Shown here: positions 20,907-30,848 of the stretch, piece by piece
Layout of the letters: each line of letters starts with the position of its first letter
Position numbering within the stretch: the first letter of the stretch is position 1
From: an uncultured Gammaproteobacteria bacterium
GTDB taxonomy: Bacteria; Patescibacteriota; Microgenomatia; UBA1406; HO2-37-13b
DNA: 64,000 nucleotides
Assembly (NCBI GenBank): GCA_964612595.1
Contig: CAZTFB010000001.1
Span: 195,058 to 259,057 of the forward strand
Direction of reading: 5' to 3'
Made by a program: the position numbers and the translations under genes
Notes under the pieces: model-generated
What the model was told of the DNA's origin: nothing
Seen by the model: only the letters and a program-made list of their open reading frames with translations
The model's database searches: none

Positions 20907-21782
20907 TTAATGCTCTGTTGATTCTTTAGCTGCAATCATATCAAGCAGCTCATTCGTAATTTGACTTTGTCGTATTTTATTACGCTGTAACGTAAGCGAA
21001 TATACAATATCGCCCGCTGCATCAGTCGCATTCTTCATGGCGATCATACGCGCAGAATGCTCTGATGCTTCACTATCAGCTAATGCACTGCGGATTTTTT
21101 CTTTTACATAATCTTCGACAAGCGGTCCAAGCAGTTCGTCTACAGATGGCTCGATAAGATAATCCGAAGCCTCTGCAGCGTTCTTTTCTGCTTTATCTAG
21201 TTTTTCGAGTGGTTGCAAATCCTTTACAGGGAGTAATTGTGCTGTTGTAGGTTCACTTTTAAGTGCTGATATGAATTTGTTGTAAACGATATATATTGCT
21301 TTATAGTTGCCAGAGAGAAATTTTTCTTGGATCAGTGTAAAAACGGGCGAAACACTGTCAGAAAGATCCTCATCAGAAAAATCTGCGACCACCTCACGTT
21401 TCGTAAGTGCTACAAAATCTGCGCCCTTCTTACCAATAGTAATAAACTCGGCGTGAGAGTTTCTATCAAGGCTCGAAAAAATATGTTTAAAAAGGTTTGT
21501 GTGGAATGAGCCACATAGCCCTTTATTTGATGCGATAAGAATATACAATTCCTTTGAACCTTCTGCATCTTTAAGCCAAGGAATATTGAGTGACGCTACC
21601 TCAGATGCATTTGAGAGAATTCTCTGAAGAATCTGATCAAGCATTGTTCGGTAAAGACGACCTTCTAATGCAGCTTTCTGTGCCTTCTTCATTTTAACGG
21701 CTGATACCATTTGCATCGCATTCGTAATTTTTTTAACGTTTTCTACTGTGCCAATTTTCTTTCTGATATCTTTTGAGTTCAT
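20907..21782 (-). CDS. atpG: F1 ATP synthase subunit gamma
   Basis: N-terminus IRKKIGTVENVKKITNAMQMVSAVKMKKAQ and C-terminus ITNELLDMI. Confidence 0.9.
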   Translation of the reverse strand: MNSKDIRKKIGTVENVKKITNAMQMVSAVKMKKAQKAALEGRLYRTMLDQILQRILSNASEVASLNIPWLKDAEGSKELYILIASNKGLCGSFHTNLFKHIFSSLDRNSHAEFITIGKKGADFVALTKREVVADFSDEDLSDSVSPVFTLIQEKFLSGNYKAIYIVYNKFISALKSEPTTAQLLPVKDLQPLEKLDKAEKNAAEASDYLIEPSVDELLGPLVEDYVKEKIRSALADSEASEHSARMIAMKNATDAAGDIVYSLTLQRNKIRQSQITNELLDMIAAKESTEH

Positions 21783-21783
21783 A

Positions 21784-23292
21784 TTAGTCAGCTTTGTACG
21801 TTGTCATAAAGGTACCGACTGCTTTTTTTAATTCTTTCTCTGTTTCTTCAGAAACTTGGCGCGTCTTTTGGACCTCATTAAGAATTTTCTTATGCGAAAG
21901 ACGCATGTATTCTAAAAATTGCTTCTCAAAATCGACAATTTTATCAGTTGGCATGGTGTCAAGATAACCCTTTCCACCGACCCAGAATATTGCTACCTGG
22001 TTTGCAAGATCGTAGGGTTGATTTTTTCCTTGCTTGAGAAGCTGTGTCATGCGCGCGCCTCGATCGATAAACCGTTTGGTCTCTTCATCAAGATCAGATT
22101 CAAACTGGGCAAATGCTGCGAGCGCTCTGTATTGAGCCAAATCGTTTTTTAGTGATTTGACAACTGATTTCATTGCTTTTGTTTGGGCGCTACTACCTAC
22201 ACGAGATACAGACAATCCAACATTAATAGCAGGGCGTATACCGGCATTAAAGAGATCAGATTCGAGATATACCTGACCATCAGTTATCGAGATGACATTC
22301 GTTGGAATGTATGCCGATACGTCGTTCTCTTGTGTCTCAATAATAGGTAGCGCCGTTAATGAGCCGCCGCCATTTTTCTCATCGAGGCGACAGGCACGCT
22401 CTAAAAGACGCGAGTGCAAGTAAAAGACATCGCCTGGATAAGCCTCGCGCCCAGCTGGGCGGCGTAAAATGAGCGAAATCTGTCGATATGCCCACGCATG
22501 TTTTGTTAAATCATCATAGACGACCAACACATCTTTGCCTTGATTCATAAAATATTCTCCAATTGCTGTTGCTACATAGGGTGCCATAAATTGCATTGAT
22601 GCAGGATCAGATGCGGTTGCTGCAACAATCACAGAATATTCCATTGCGCCGCGAGATTCTAAAAGTTGCGCTACTGCGGCAGTATTCGAGCGGCGCTGGC
22701 CAATCGAACAATATATACATATCATGTCTTGTCCCTTTTGATTAAGGATCGCATCGATTGCCACGGTTGATTTACCCGTTCGTCGATCACCAATAATAAG
22801 TTCTCGTTGTCCTCTTCCGATTGGAATAAGTGTGTCAATAGCTTTAATACCTGTTTGTACAGGTTCACTCACCGACTTACGTGCCATGACGCCTGGGGCG
22901 ATTGGATCAAAAAAAGTAGATTCTTTAGCCTCAATTTTTCCTTTTCCATCTATTGGTTTTGCAATACCATCTACAATTCTTCCTATATAATTTTCAGATA
23001 CCGGAATAGTAAAAACTTTTCCGGATCCTCTTACTTGTGAACCCTCTTGAATTTTTTCATAGTCACCAAAAACAATAGCACCTACAGAATCTTCATATAA
23101 ATCGACAATCATTCCTTGAATATTATTACCAAAATCAATCATTTCTCCATATGGTGAGTCGGTAAGGCCCTCAATAAAAACAACTTCATCCTTTACCTCT
23201 CGTACATAGCCGACATTCTTTGCAGCAATGTTTGATGTAGAAGAACTAATTTCGCTTTCAACTTCTCGAAGAATTTCATCGACTATTTTCAT
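21784..23292 (-). CDS. atpA: F1 ATP synthase subunit alpha
   Basis: Walker A GDRRTGKS and the typical alpha-subunit core. Confidence 0.97.
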   Translation of the reverse strand: MKIVDEILREVESEISSSTSNIAAKNVGYVREVKDEVVFIEGLTDSPYGEMIDFGNNIQGMIVDLYEDSVGAIVFGDYEKIQEGSQVRGSGKVFTIPVSENYIGRIVDGIAKPIDGKGKIEAKESTFFDPIAPGVMARKSVSEPVQTGIKAIDTLIPIGRGQRELIIGDRRTGKSTVAIDAILNQKGQDMICIYCSIGQRRSNTAAVAQLLESRGAMEYSVIVAATASDPASMQFMAPYVATAIGEYFMNQGKDVLVVYDDLTKHAWAYRQISLILRRPAGREAYPGDVFYLHSRLLERACRLDEKNGGGSLTALPIIETQENDVSAYIPTNVISITDGQVYLESDLFNAGIRPAINVGLSVSRVGSSAQTKAMKSVVKSLKNDLAQYRALAAFAQFESDLDEETKRFIDRGARMTQLLKQGKNQPYDLANQVAIFWVGGKGYLDTMPTDKIVDFEKQFLEYMRLSHKKILNEVQKTRQVSEETEKELKKAVGTFMTTYKAD

Positions 23293-23302
23293 ATATACAC
23301 AA

Positions 23303-23584
23303 TTAACTCTGTAATAATGAATCTATAATGGTATTCATTTTGCCTTTGAGGGACATATCTACTATGCGTGAGCCATCAGTAATAATTAACCCACCTATAA
23401 GACTCTCATCAACTATGTTCTCCAGATGAGCATCTTTGAGAAAATCTGTCGTACCCAGTCTTGAAAGTTCATCTTTTGTAAGTGGGTAAGCAGATGTAAT
23501 AACAACATCCCTATCACCAGGATGCTTAATCTGATCAATCAGATTCTTCTTTAATCGTGCTTTTAGTACTGCATTAATTTTCAT
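23303..23584 (-). CDS. atpH: F1 ATP synthase subunit delta, short form (93 aa, C-terminal OSCP part only)
   Basis: Start re-assigned to ATG 23584 (MKINAVLK..), which overlaps the atpF stop as ATGAAAATTAA. The C-terminus LIGGLIITDGSRIVDMSLKGKM matches the delta C-terminal domain. The 144-aa track ORF would run through atpF. Confidence 0.7.
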   Translation of the reverse strand: MKINAVLKARLKKNLIDQIKHPGDRDVVITSAYPLTKDELSRLGTTDFLKDAHLENIVDESLIGGLIITDGSRIVDMSLKGKMNTIIDSLLQS

Positions 23585-24080
23585 ATACTTTTGATTTTTG
23601 AAGTTTCTCAAAAACCTTGTCAAGAATACCTTTGTGCTGCTTCTCGTCGACAAAATCACGTAGTACAGAACTTGCAAGCGTTTCGCTTGTCTTAACAACC
23701 TTACTGCGAATATCGTCATACATACGTGCGCGATCATCTTCGATATCCTTTTCTGCTTTTTGCTTCATCTTTGCCACTTCTTCATGGGCAAGTTTAAGCA
23801 TATCCTCCTTCTTGGTATGAGCCATGGCTTCGGCTTCTTTTATGATAGAAAGTGCTTGTGATCGCGCTTCAGCAAGTACTTCCTTCTGTTTTGCATCCAA
23901 CTTCTCCTCCTTCTTTTGCAGATCAATAAGAAGGCGGGATTTTTCTGCCTCATCTGCTTGTTGTTTTTCCAGATATGCCTTAAACGGCTGATACATAAAC
24001 TTCTGAAAAACAAACGCAAACAAACCGAAATTAATAAGTTGTGCTACGAGTAGCTTTGGATCAATACCAAGTGCTTCCAT
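23574..24080 (-). CDS. atpF: Fo ATP synthase subunit b
   Basis: 168 aa. A single N-terminal TM segment followed by a long charged helix, at the expected operon position. Confidence 0.85.
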   Translation of the reverse strand: MEALGIDPKLLVAQLINFGLFAFVFQKFMYQPFKAYLEKQQADEAEKSRLLIDLQKKEEKLDAKQKEVLAEARSQALSIIKEAEAMAHTKKEDMLKLAHEEVAKMKQKAEKDIEDDRARMYDDIRSKVVKTSETLASSVLRDFVDEKQHKGILDKVFEKLQKSKVYEN

Positions 24081-24097
24081 AATTATTTAATAATGTA

Positions 24098-25151
<1,054 letters not shown>

Positions 25152-25154
25152 TAT

Positions 25155-25364
25155 TTAGCTTTGCGTATCTTTAATCAGCTTATAGAGACTGTACGCTGCT
25201 GAAATAAAACCGAAGCCTATCCCGACGAGCGTAAACAGCGGTTTTGAGTGAAACAACTTATCCACCCACAAACCAAGAAAAACTCCTAGTAATAGAGGAG
25301 TTACCAAATAATAACCTATGCTGCTATATTTTGCAAGCAGCAACGTGTCGTTTTTTGAGGACAT
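25155..25364 (-). CDS. AtpZ/AtpI-like small membrane protein
   Basis: Two-TM protein (YYLVTPLLLGVFLGLWVDK..LFTLVGIGFGFISAAY) immediately upstream of atpB. Start set to M45 to avoid overlapping the upstream ORF. Confidence 0.6.
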   Translation of the reverse strand: MSSKNDTLLLAKYSSIGYYLVTPLLLGVFLGLWVDKLFHSKPLFTLVGIGFGFISAAYSLYKLIKDTQS

Positions 25365-25416
25365 TGCTGGCTTTTTTTCACGCTTTTCAGCTTTCAGCGA
25401 AAAATCTTTGCCAACT

Positions 25417-25710
25417 TTATGATGAGTATTCGACATATAATCGCTCGCGCTCAGCCTGCAATTCTTTAATAGTTCGCTGAATGTTGTCAAGAACAAATTT
25501 CAATTCAGGCTTTTTACTAAAGTCTAATACGTTTGTTACTTCGGCATATTGCGATACGAGATCTCGCTCACGGTTATCTAAAGCTTTACGAATAAGGTGA
25601 AACTGCATGATACGTGAAAGAGTATTCCATTCATCAAACTCCGCCAAAACTTCTGGGTGATATTCTCCAGCATCTATAGCTTTCTGTAGTGTTTGAAATG
25701 TAGTTTTCAT
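25417..25710 (-). CDS. hypothetical protein (97 aa)
   Basis: ORF whose start codon at 25710 overlaps the dnaE stop codon by 1 nt. No recognisable motif. Confidence 0.4.
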   Translation of the reverse strand: MKTTFQTLQKAIDAGEYHPEVLAEFDEWNTLSRIMQFHLIRKALDNRERDLVSQYAEVTNVLDFSKKPELKFVLDNIQRTIKELQAERERLYVEYSS

Positions 25711-28700
25711 TATGACATTTTTTCGAGATCAACTGCTTTTTCAACTATGATTGAAAGTCCCTCGTCTTTTTGATCAACACGGCCTTTAAATAGCACAACA
25801 CCATTTTCGTGCCATGTTGACTGACTTTGTGCGTATAGCTTTGGAAACACAATAAGCTCAACAGAACCTGTCTCATCAAATACCGTCACAAAAGCCATTC
25901 TATCATTGTTTTTCTTCGTTGTAACCTGTTTTATAGCACCAATGGAGCCAGCAAGTATATAGGTCTTTCCAATATCTTCTTCACCAATCTCCCCTAATTT
26001 CTTTTGGACCTTTGTGTCAAGTATATGTGCATATTGTTGAAGTGGATTTTTATTAATGGAAAAACCAACAACCTCCTTTTCCATTTCTAGAAGTGTATTG
26101 TCATCCAATTCAGGGACAGCAATCATATCGCTATCTTCAAGATATTGTTGCTTTACTTCTCCAAAAAGACCGAACTGGCCACTTGCTTGTTGCGAACGAC
26201 GTGATGCAGCATCGCTTAATGCCTGGGGATAATACTGCAGAAGCGAAGCACGTGTACCAAAAGCATCAAACGCACCTGCTTTCATTAAACTCTCAACAGT
26301 TTTCTTATTAGCCTTTCGTGTATCGACTCGCGTTAGGAAATCTCTAAGTCCTATAAATTCATGGTCACTTCTTGCGGATAAAATAGATTCTATAGCCGCA
26401 TGACCCACATTTTTTATTGCCGACATGCCGAAACGAATAGCTTTGTCCTCTATAGAAAAATTCTCCAACGATTTATTTATATCGGGTGGCAACACTTGGA
26501 TTTCCATTGATTTACATTCTTCTATAGCTTGGAACATTTTTGCCTCTCTCTGCGCACCGGCGGCTCCTTGAAGTTCTGCGGTAAGAAGCGCCGCCATATA
26601 TTCAACGGGATAATTTGCCTTTATGTAGGCTGTCCAATAAGCGATTAGCGCATATGATGCTGCATGGGGTTTATTAAATCCGTACGCTGCAAACTTCTCA
26701 ATAGCAGCATATAACTTCTCAACAGTTTTTTTTGAATAGCCTTTTTTCTCCGCCTGCTCGCTAAACTTAATCTTTTCTTTCTTCATCAATGCTTTCTTCT
26801 TTTTCCCGACAGCCATACGAAACCCATCCGCCTCGCTCATTGTATATCCTGCAATGGTGTGCGCAATAGACATAACTTGCTCCTGATAAACCAAAACACC
26901 GTATGTTTCCGCAAGGATCGGTTGTAAATCCTTATGTAAATACTTTATGCTCTTTGGGTTCTTTTTTCCTTGAAGAAAACTCGGTATAAGTTCCATTGGT
27001 CCTGGTCTGTAAAGAGCAACCATAGCAGTAATATCGGTAATTTTGTTTGGTTTTAAGTCTTTTGCCAGTCGCCTCATCCCTCTCGATTCGAGCTGAAAAA
27101 CACCAACCGTTTTCCCTTGGGATAATAGATCGAAAGTTTTCTTATCATCAAGCGGCACATTATGAATATCGATGACTTCGTGTGTGCGATCTTTCACAAA
27201 ATGCAGTGCGTTTTCGATAATGGTTAAGTTGCGTAAACCGAGGAAATCAAATTTAATAAGTCCAACCGCCTCATTGTTAGAGACCGCATTAAGATCAAGG
27301 CAATACATATCAAACTGCGTCACAATTTTTCCACCACGTGCCTCTTGTTGTAGAGGTACGTACTCGGTCAGATCTTTATCCGCAATCATAACACCTGCCG
27401 CATGAACAGATGAGTGTCGCGCGATGCCTTCAAGTCTTTTTGCCACATCAAGCACTTTTTTTACTTCTTCCTCTTCGTTATACGCCATACGTAGCTGAGG
27501 ACTATCTTGAAGAGCTTGATCTATGGTGATGTGAAAGCCTTGTTTACCCACTGGAATCATTTTAGAAATACGGTCACCCACGCTATATGACATACCAAGA
27601 GCTCGAGCAACATCGCGCACAGCCATTTTTGCCTCCATACGCCCGAAGGTGATAATTTGAGCAACTTTTTCTTTACCATATTTTGCCGTAACATACTCGA
27701 GTACACGATCTCTATGGATATCGGCAAAATCCACATCAATATCAGGTGGACTTGGACGGTCAGGATTTAAGAATCGCTCAAAAGGCACTTCGTACTCAAG
27801 CGGATTAATATCAGTAATTTTTAGAGAATATGCGACAAGTGACCCTGCAACAGATCCTCTACCTGGGCCGACTCCAATATCGTTGCTCTTTGCCCAGTTG
27901 ATAAAATCCTGAACGATGAGGAAGTAGGTTGCATATCCTTTGTTACAGATTATTTCTAATTCATAGTTCAATCGCTGTGTTTCTTCCTCTGTGACCTTTA
28001 TACGCTCTGGAGCTTTTTCAAAGGTAAGTTCTTTCAACGTTTGCTCTGCGGTCTTACCTTCTTTGAGAGGATAAATCGGAAGAATAAGTTTTCCGTATGG
28101 AATTTCCATATCCACCTCATCTGCTATTTTCTGCGTATTATCTATTGCGTCAGGAAGATCACGAAACAAATCTTTCATCTCTTCTGGAGACTTAAAGTAG
28201 AACTCTGGAGTGTCGATGTTTGATAATGGCCGGTTTTCCTCATACACAGTATGGCCTGTTTGGATACAAAGCAAAACATCCTGTGCGTACGCATCGTCTT
28301 TTTCGACATAATGAACGTCGTTTGTTGCGACGAGCGGAATATTATATTTTCTTGAGAGGGCTATAAGTTCGGTATTGAGTTCTTCTTGATCATGCATTCC
28401 CGGTGCTCTTTGCATTTCAATGTAAAAATTTTCTTTAAAAATACTGTGATATTTTTCGAGAAGTCTTTCAGCTTTTTCGTTTTGATTATTCCTTATTGCA
28501 ACAGGTATTTCGCCGCTCATACATCCGGAAAAGGCGATTATTCCTTCGCTATGCTTCTCGAGCAGTTCAAAATCAACTCGTGGCTTGTAATAGAACCCTT
28601 CAAGGTGCGCATAGGTTGTTAACTTCATAAGGTTTTTGTAACCAGCGTAGTTTTTCGCGAGGAGCGTTAAATGATAGCTGTTTCGCTCGCCTTCCTCTGA

Positions 28701-28934
28701 GCTATGTTCAAATCGCGAACCGGGGGCTTTGTATGCTTCCATGCCAATTATTGGTTTTATGCCTGCTTTTCTTGCGGCGATGTAAAAACGAAACGTACCA
28801 TACATAGCGCCGTGGTCAGTGAGACCTATTGCAGACATGTTATACTCCTGTGCTTTTGAAATGAGCTCATCTATGCGCGAAAGACCATCGAGTAGTGAAT
28901 ACTCGCTATGAACGTGGAGATGGACAAATGACAT
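25710..28934 (-). CDS. dnaE: DNA polymerase III alpha subunit
   Basis: 1074 aa. PHP N-terminus FVHLHVHSEYSLLDG, followed by polymerase core and OB-fold regions. Confidence 0.95.
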   Translation of the reverse strand: MSFVHLHVHSEYSLLDGLSRIDELISKAQEYNMSAIGLTDHGAMYGTFRFYIAARKAGIKPIIGMEAYKAPGSRFEHSSEEGERNSYHLTLLAKNYAGYKNLMKLTTYAHLEGFYYKPRVDFELLEKHSEGIIAFSGCMSGEIPVAIRNNQNEKAERLLEKYHSIFKENFYIEMQRAPGMHDQEELNTELIALSRKYNIPLVATNDVHYVEKDDAYAQDVLLCIQTGHTVYEENRPLSNIDTPEFYFKSPEEMKDLFRDLPDAIDNTQKIADEVDMEIPYGKLILPIYPLKEGKTAEQTLKELTFEKAPERIKVTEEETQRLNYELEIICNKGYATYFLIVQDFINWAKSNDIGVGPGRGSVAGSLVAYSLKITDINPLEYEVPFERFLNPDRPSPPDIDVDFADIHRDRVLEYVTAKYGKEKVAQIITFGRMEAKMAVRDVARALGMSYSVGDRISKMIPVGKQGFHITIDQALQDSPQLRMAYNEEEEVKKVLDVAKRLEGIARHSSVHAAGVMIADKDLTEYVPLQQEARGGKIVTQFDMYCLDLNAVSNNEAVGLIKFDFLGLRNLTIIENALHFVKDRTHEVIDIHNVPLDDKKTFDLLSQGKTVGVFQLESRGMRRLAKDLKPNKITDITAMVALYRPGPMELIPSFLQGKKNPKSIKYLHKDLQPILAETYGVLVYQEQVMSIAHTIAGYTMSEADGFRMAVGKKKKALMKKEKIKFSEQAEKKGYSKKTVEKLYAAIEKFAAYGFNKPHAASYALIAYWTAYIKANYPVEYMAALLTAELQGAAGAQREAKMFQAIEECKSMEIQVLPPDINKSLENFSIEDKAIRFGMSAIKNVGHAAIESILSARSDHEFIGLRDFLTRVDTRKANKKTVESLMKAGAFDAFGTRASLLQYYPQALSDAASRRSQQASGQFGLFGEVKQQYLEDSDMIAVPELDDNTLLEMEKEVVGFSINKNPLQQYAHILDTKVQKKLGEIGEEDIGKTYILAGSIGAIKQVTTKKNNDRMAFVTVFDETGSVELIVFPKLYAQSQSTWHENGVVLFKGRVDQKDEGLSIIVEKAVDLEKMS

Positions 28935-28951
28935 GGCTACAGTATAACAGT

Positions 28952-28981
28952 TTGAGGCAATAATACCATATTTGGTATAAT
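28952..28981 (+). promoter_or_regulatory. promoter of the orphan 98-aa gene
   Basis: TTGAGG, 18 nt, TATAAT. Confidence 0.55.
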
Positions 28982-29034
28982 GTGCTGACCCAATCCCAGG
29001 GAGTCGCCTTGGGTAAACAGTCAGGAGAGAGAAG

Positions 29035-29331
29035 ATGTCGCGAGACCATCATTCTACTCAAGACTATGAGAGAAAAGAGGTGCCGAAGCCAGGGCTAAGG
29101 CTGAGAGGATGGATGATTCTTCAAGCCATCAGATGGTTCAATGATCTAAGGGGATCAAGCTTCCCCAGTACATTGCGCATCAGCAGCCTTGATTCTGATT
29201 GGACCTCTGGTTCTTATGGGAAAATCTTAGTGACTCCCATAAGAGGAAGCGATGGTGCGGTCGCTGGGTTGCTGAGATGTGAACTCGACATGCGTAGCTG
29301 CAAGCTCAGGCTAACTGCAACAATCGACTAG
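29035..29331 (+). CDS. orphan protein (98 aa), stand-alone transcription unit
   Basis: AGGAG lies 7 nt upstream of the ATG. The ORF ends 15 nt before an intrinsic terminator. GC-richer than the flanks, with no recognisable motif. Confidence 0.45.
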   Translation: MSRDHHSTQDYERKEVPKPGLRLRGWMILQAIRWFNDLRGSSFPSTLRISSLDSDWTSGSYGKILVTPIRGSDGAVAGLLRCELDMRSCKLRLTATID

Positions 29332-29346
29332 CTCGAAGAAACCGCT

Positions 29347-29380
29347 GCCGGAGACGGGACCACTCTCCGGCATCTTTTTT
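29347..29380 (+). terminator. rho-independent terminator
   Basis: GCCGGAGA, 9-nt loop, TCTCCGGC, followed by ATCTTTTTT. Confidence 0.75.
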
Positions 29381-29391
29381 GTAGCTCCATC

Positions 29392-29408
29392 TTCCACGTA
29401 CTAGTACA
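29392..29408. repeat. 17-bp direct repeat, copy 1 (palindromic core GTACTAGTAC)
   Basis: TTCCACGTACTAGTACA, identical to 29455-29471. Confidence 0.85.
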
Positions 29409-29454
29409 AAACTACTGAAACATTAACTCTAAGCTCGTAAATACTTAAAAGCCG

Positions 29455-29471
29455 TTCCACGTACTAGTACA
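29455..29471. repeat. 17-bp direct repeat, copy 2
   Basis: TTCCACGTACTAGTACA, 63 bp from copy 1. Confidence 0.85.
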
Positions 29472-29531
29472 TAAATATACAGGCATGCAAAAATACAGTT
29501 GGAGACTCAATATCTTATAGCAGAGCAGCCT

Positions 29532-30848
29532 TTACTTAAGCTTCATTTTCAGAACTTCTTGAACTCTTTGTGCATCAGCCCGTCCCTTCATAGCTTTCAT
29601 TACTTGACCCACAAAAAACATAAGAACCGTTTCTTTACCCTGCTTGTAGCTTTCAACTTGTACAGGATTTTGCTCAATCACATCTGCAACCACACTTTCT
29701 AGAAGCCCCTCATCCGTAGTTTTAGTTTCAAGCAATCCTTTAATTTCAGAGATCGCTTTGTCGATGTCCCCAGACAAAACCAGCTTCTTATTTACCACAA
29801 GTTTTGCTGCCTTAGGAACCATACCAGAGTAGTCAAGTTTCTCTATCAATGCATCAAACATAACGCTACCCTCCCGATCTCTCGTTAATATATATGCGTC
29901 GCTGTCAGTAACACCAAGATCAGTATATCGCTTCACTTTTTCATGTGGAAGTTCTTTCATCTGCTTCCTGATGTCAGCAAAGTATGCATCATTAAAGACA
30001 AATGGAGGAATATCTGGCTCCGGAAAATAACGATAATCTGCGGCTTCTTCTTTTATTCTTTGAGATACAGTTACCCCTTTGCCTTCGGCATATCCCCTTG
30101 TTTCTTGGGGGGGCGTCTCACCCTTATCAAGAAGCTCAGCGTGGCGCTTAACTTCGAAATCAATCGCTCGTTTTGCAAAGTTAAATGAGTTAATATTTTT
30201 TACCTCTACTTTGTAACTTGGCAGCTCTGTCTCTCCTTCTTTTCTCAGAGAAATATTTGGTTCAAGCCGCATCGACCCCTTTTCCATATCGGCTTCAGAA
30301 ACGCCTAAATAGCGAATGATCACTTGAAGCTCTTCAAGAAACTGTTTTACGTCATCCGAATTATCAAAATCCGGCTCGGTTACAATTTCAACGAGAGGCA
30401 CTCCAGCACGATTAAAATCCACGAGCGTTTCATCTCCTTCATGTATAAGTTTTCCGGTGTCTTCCTCCAGATGGACGCGCTTTATACGCACTTTTTTTGG
30501 CTGGCCTGAAGCCCTAGAAATGAATTCATAGGAACCATCGAATGAAAATGGTTGGTCGTATTGGCTTATTTGGTAGCCTTTTGGTAAGTCTGGATAAAAA
30601 TAATGCTTACGATCAAACTTTGAAACTTTGCTTTGTTTACAGTTTAGCGCCATACCGATAAGAATGGCCCATTCTATGGCTTTTTTATTTGGTACAGGAA
30701 GTGTGCCTGGTAGGCCAAGTGTTAACGGTCCAACAACAGTATTTGGAGCTTTTCCAAACCAGTCGGCAGAACAGCGATCAAACATTTTTGACTTAGTCGC
30801 AAGTTGTACGTGTATCTCGAGACCGATGACTGGTGTGTACTTATTCAT
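29532..30848 (-). CDS. gatB: Asp/Glu-tRNA amidotransferase subunit B
   Basis: YTPVIGLEIHVQL N-terminus. Start set to the ATG that overlaps the gatA stop (ATGAATAA). Confidence 0.92.
   Translation of the reverse strand: MNKYTPVIGLEIHVQLATKSKMFDRCSADWFGKAPNTVVGPLTLGLPGTLPVPNKKAIEWAILIGMALNCKQSKVSKFDRKHYFYPDLPKGYQISQYDQPFSFDGSYEFISRASGQPKKVRIKRVHLEEDTGKLIHEGDETLVDFNRAGVPLVEIVTEPDFDNSDDVKQFLEELQVIIRYLGVSEADMEKGSMRLEPNISLRKEGETELPSYKVEVKNINSFNFAKRAIDFEVKRHAELLDKGETPPQETRGYAEGKGVTVSQRIKEEAADYRYFPEPDIPPFVFNDAYFADIRKQMKELPHEKVKRYTDLGVTDSDAYILTRDREGSVMFDALIEKLDYSGMVPKAAKLVVNKKLVLSGDIDKAISEIKGLLETKTTDEGLLESVVADVIEQNPVQVESYKQGKETVLMFFVGQVMKAMKGRADAQRVQEVLKMKLK

Noticed and set aside
23303-23737. 144-aa version of atpH.
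   Set aside because: It would overlap atpF by about 160 nt with a non-protein-like N-terminus. An ATG overlapping the atpF stop gives a cleaner coupled start.
28982-29380. Structured, GC-richer intergenic transcript considered as RNase P RNA or tmRNA. The 5' GCUGACC..AGUCGCC superficially resembles the M1 RNA 5' end.
   Set aside because: I found no GAGGAAAGUCC or ACAGAAxCCGGCUUA P4 strands and no tRNA-like GGTTCGA...CCA end. It has a well-spaced SD, and the ORF runs right up to the terminator, so it is better explained as a small protein gene.
29392-29471. Repeat pair considered as a minimal CRISPR array.
   Set aside because: There are only two 17-bp copies, no cas genes, and the core is a perfect palindrome typical of a protein-binding site rather than a CRISPR repeat.
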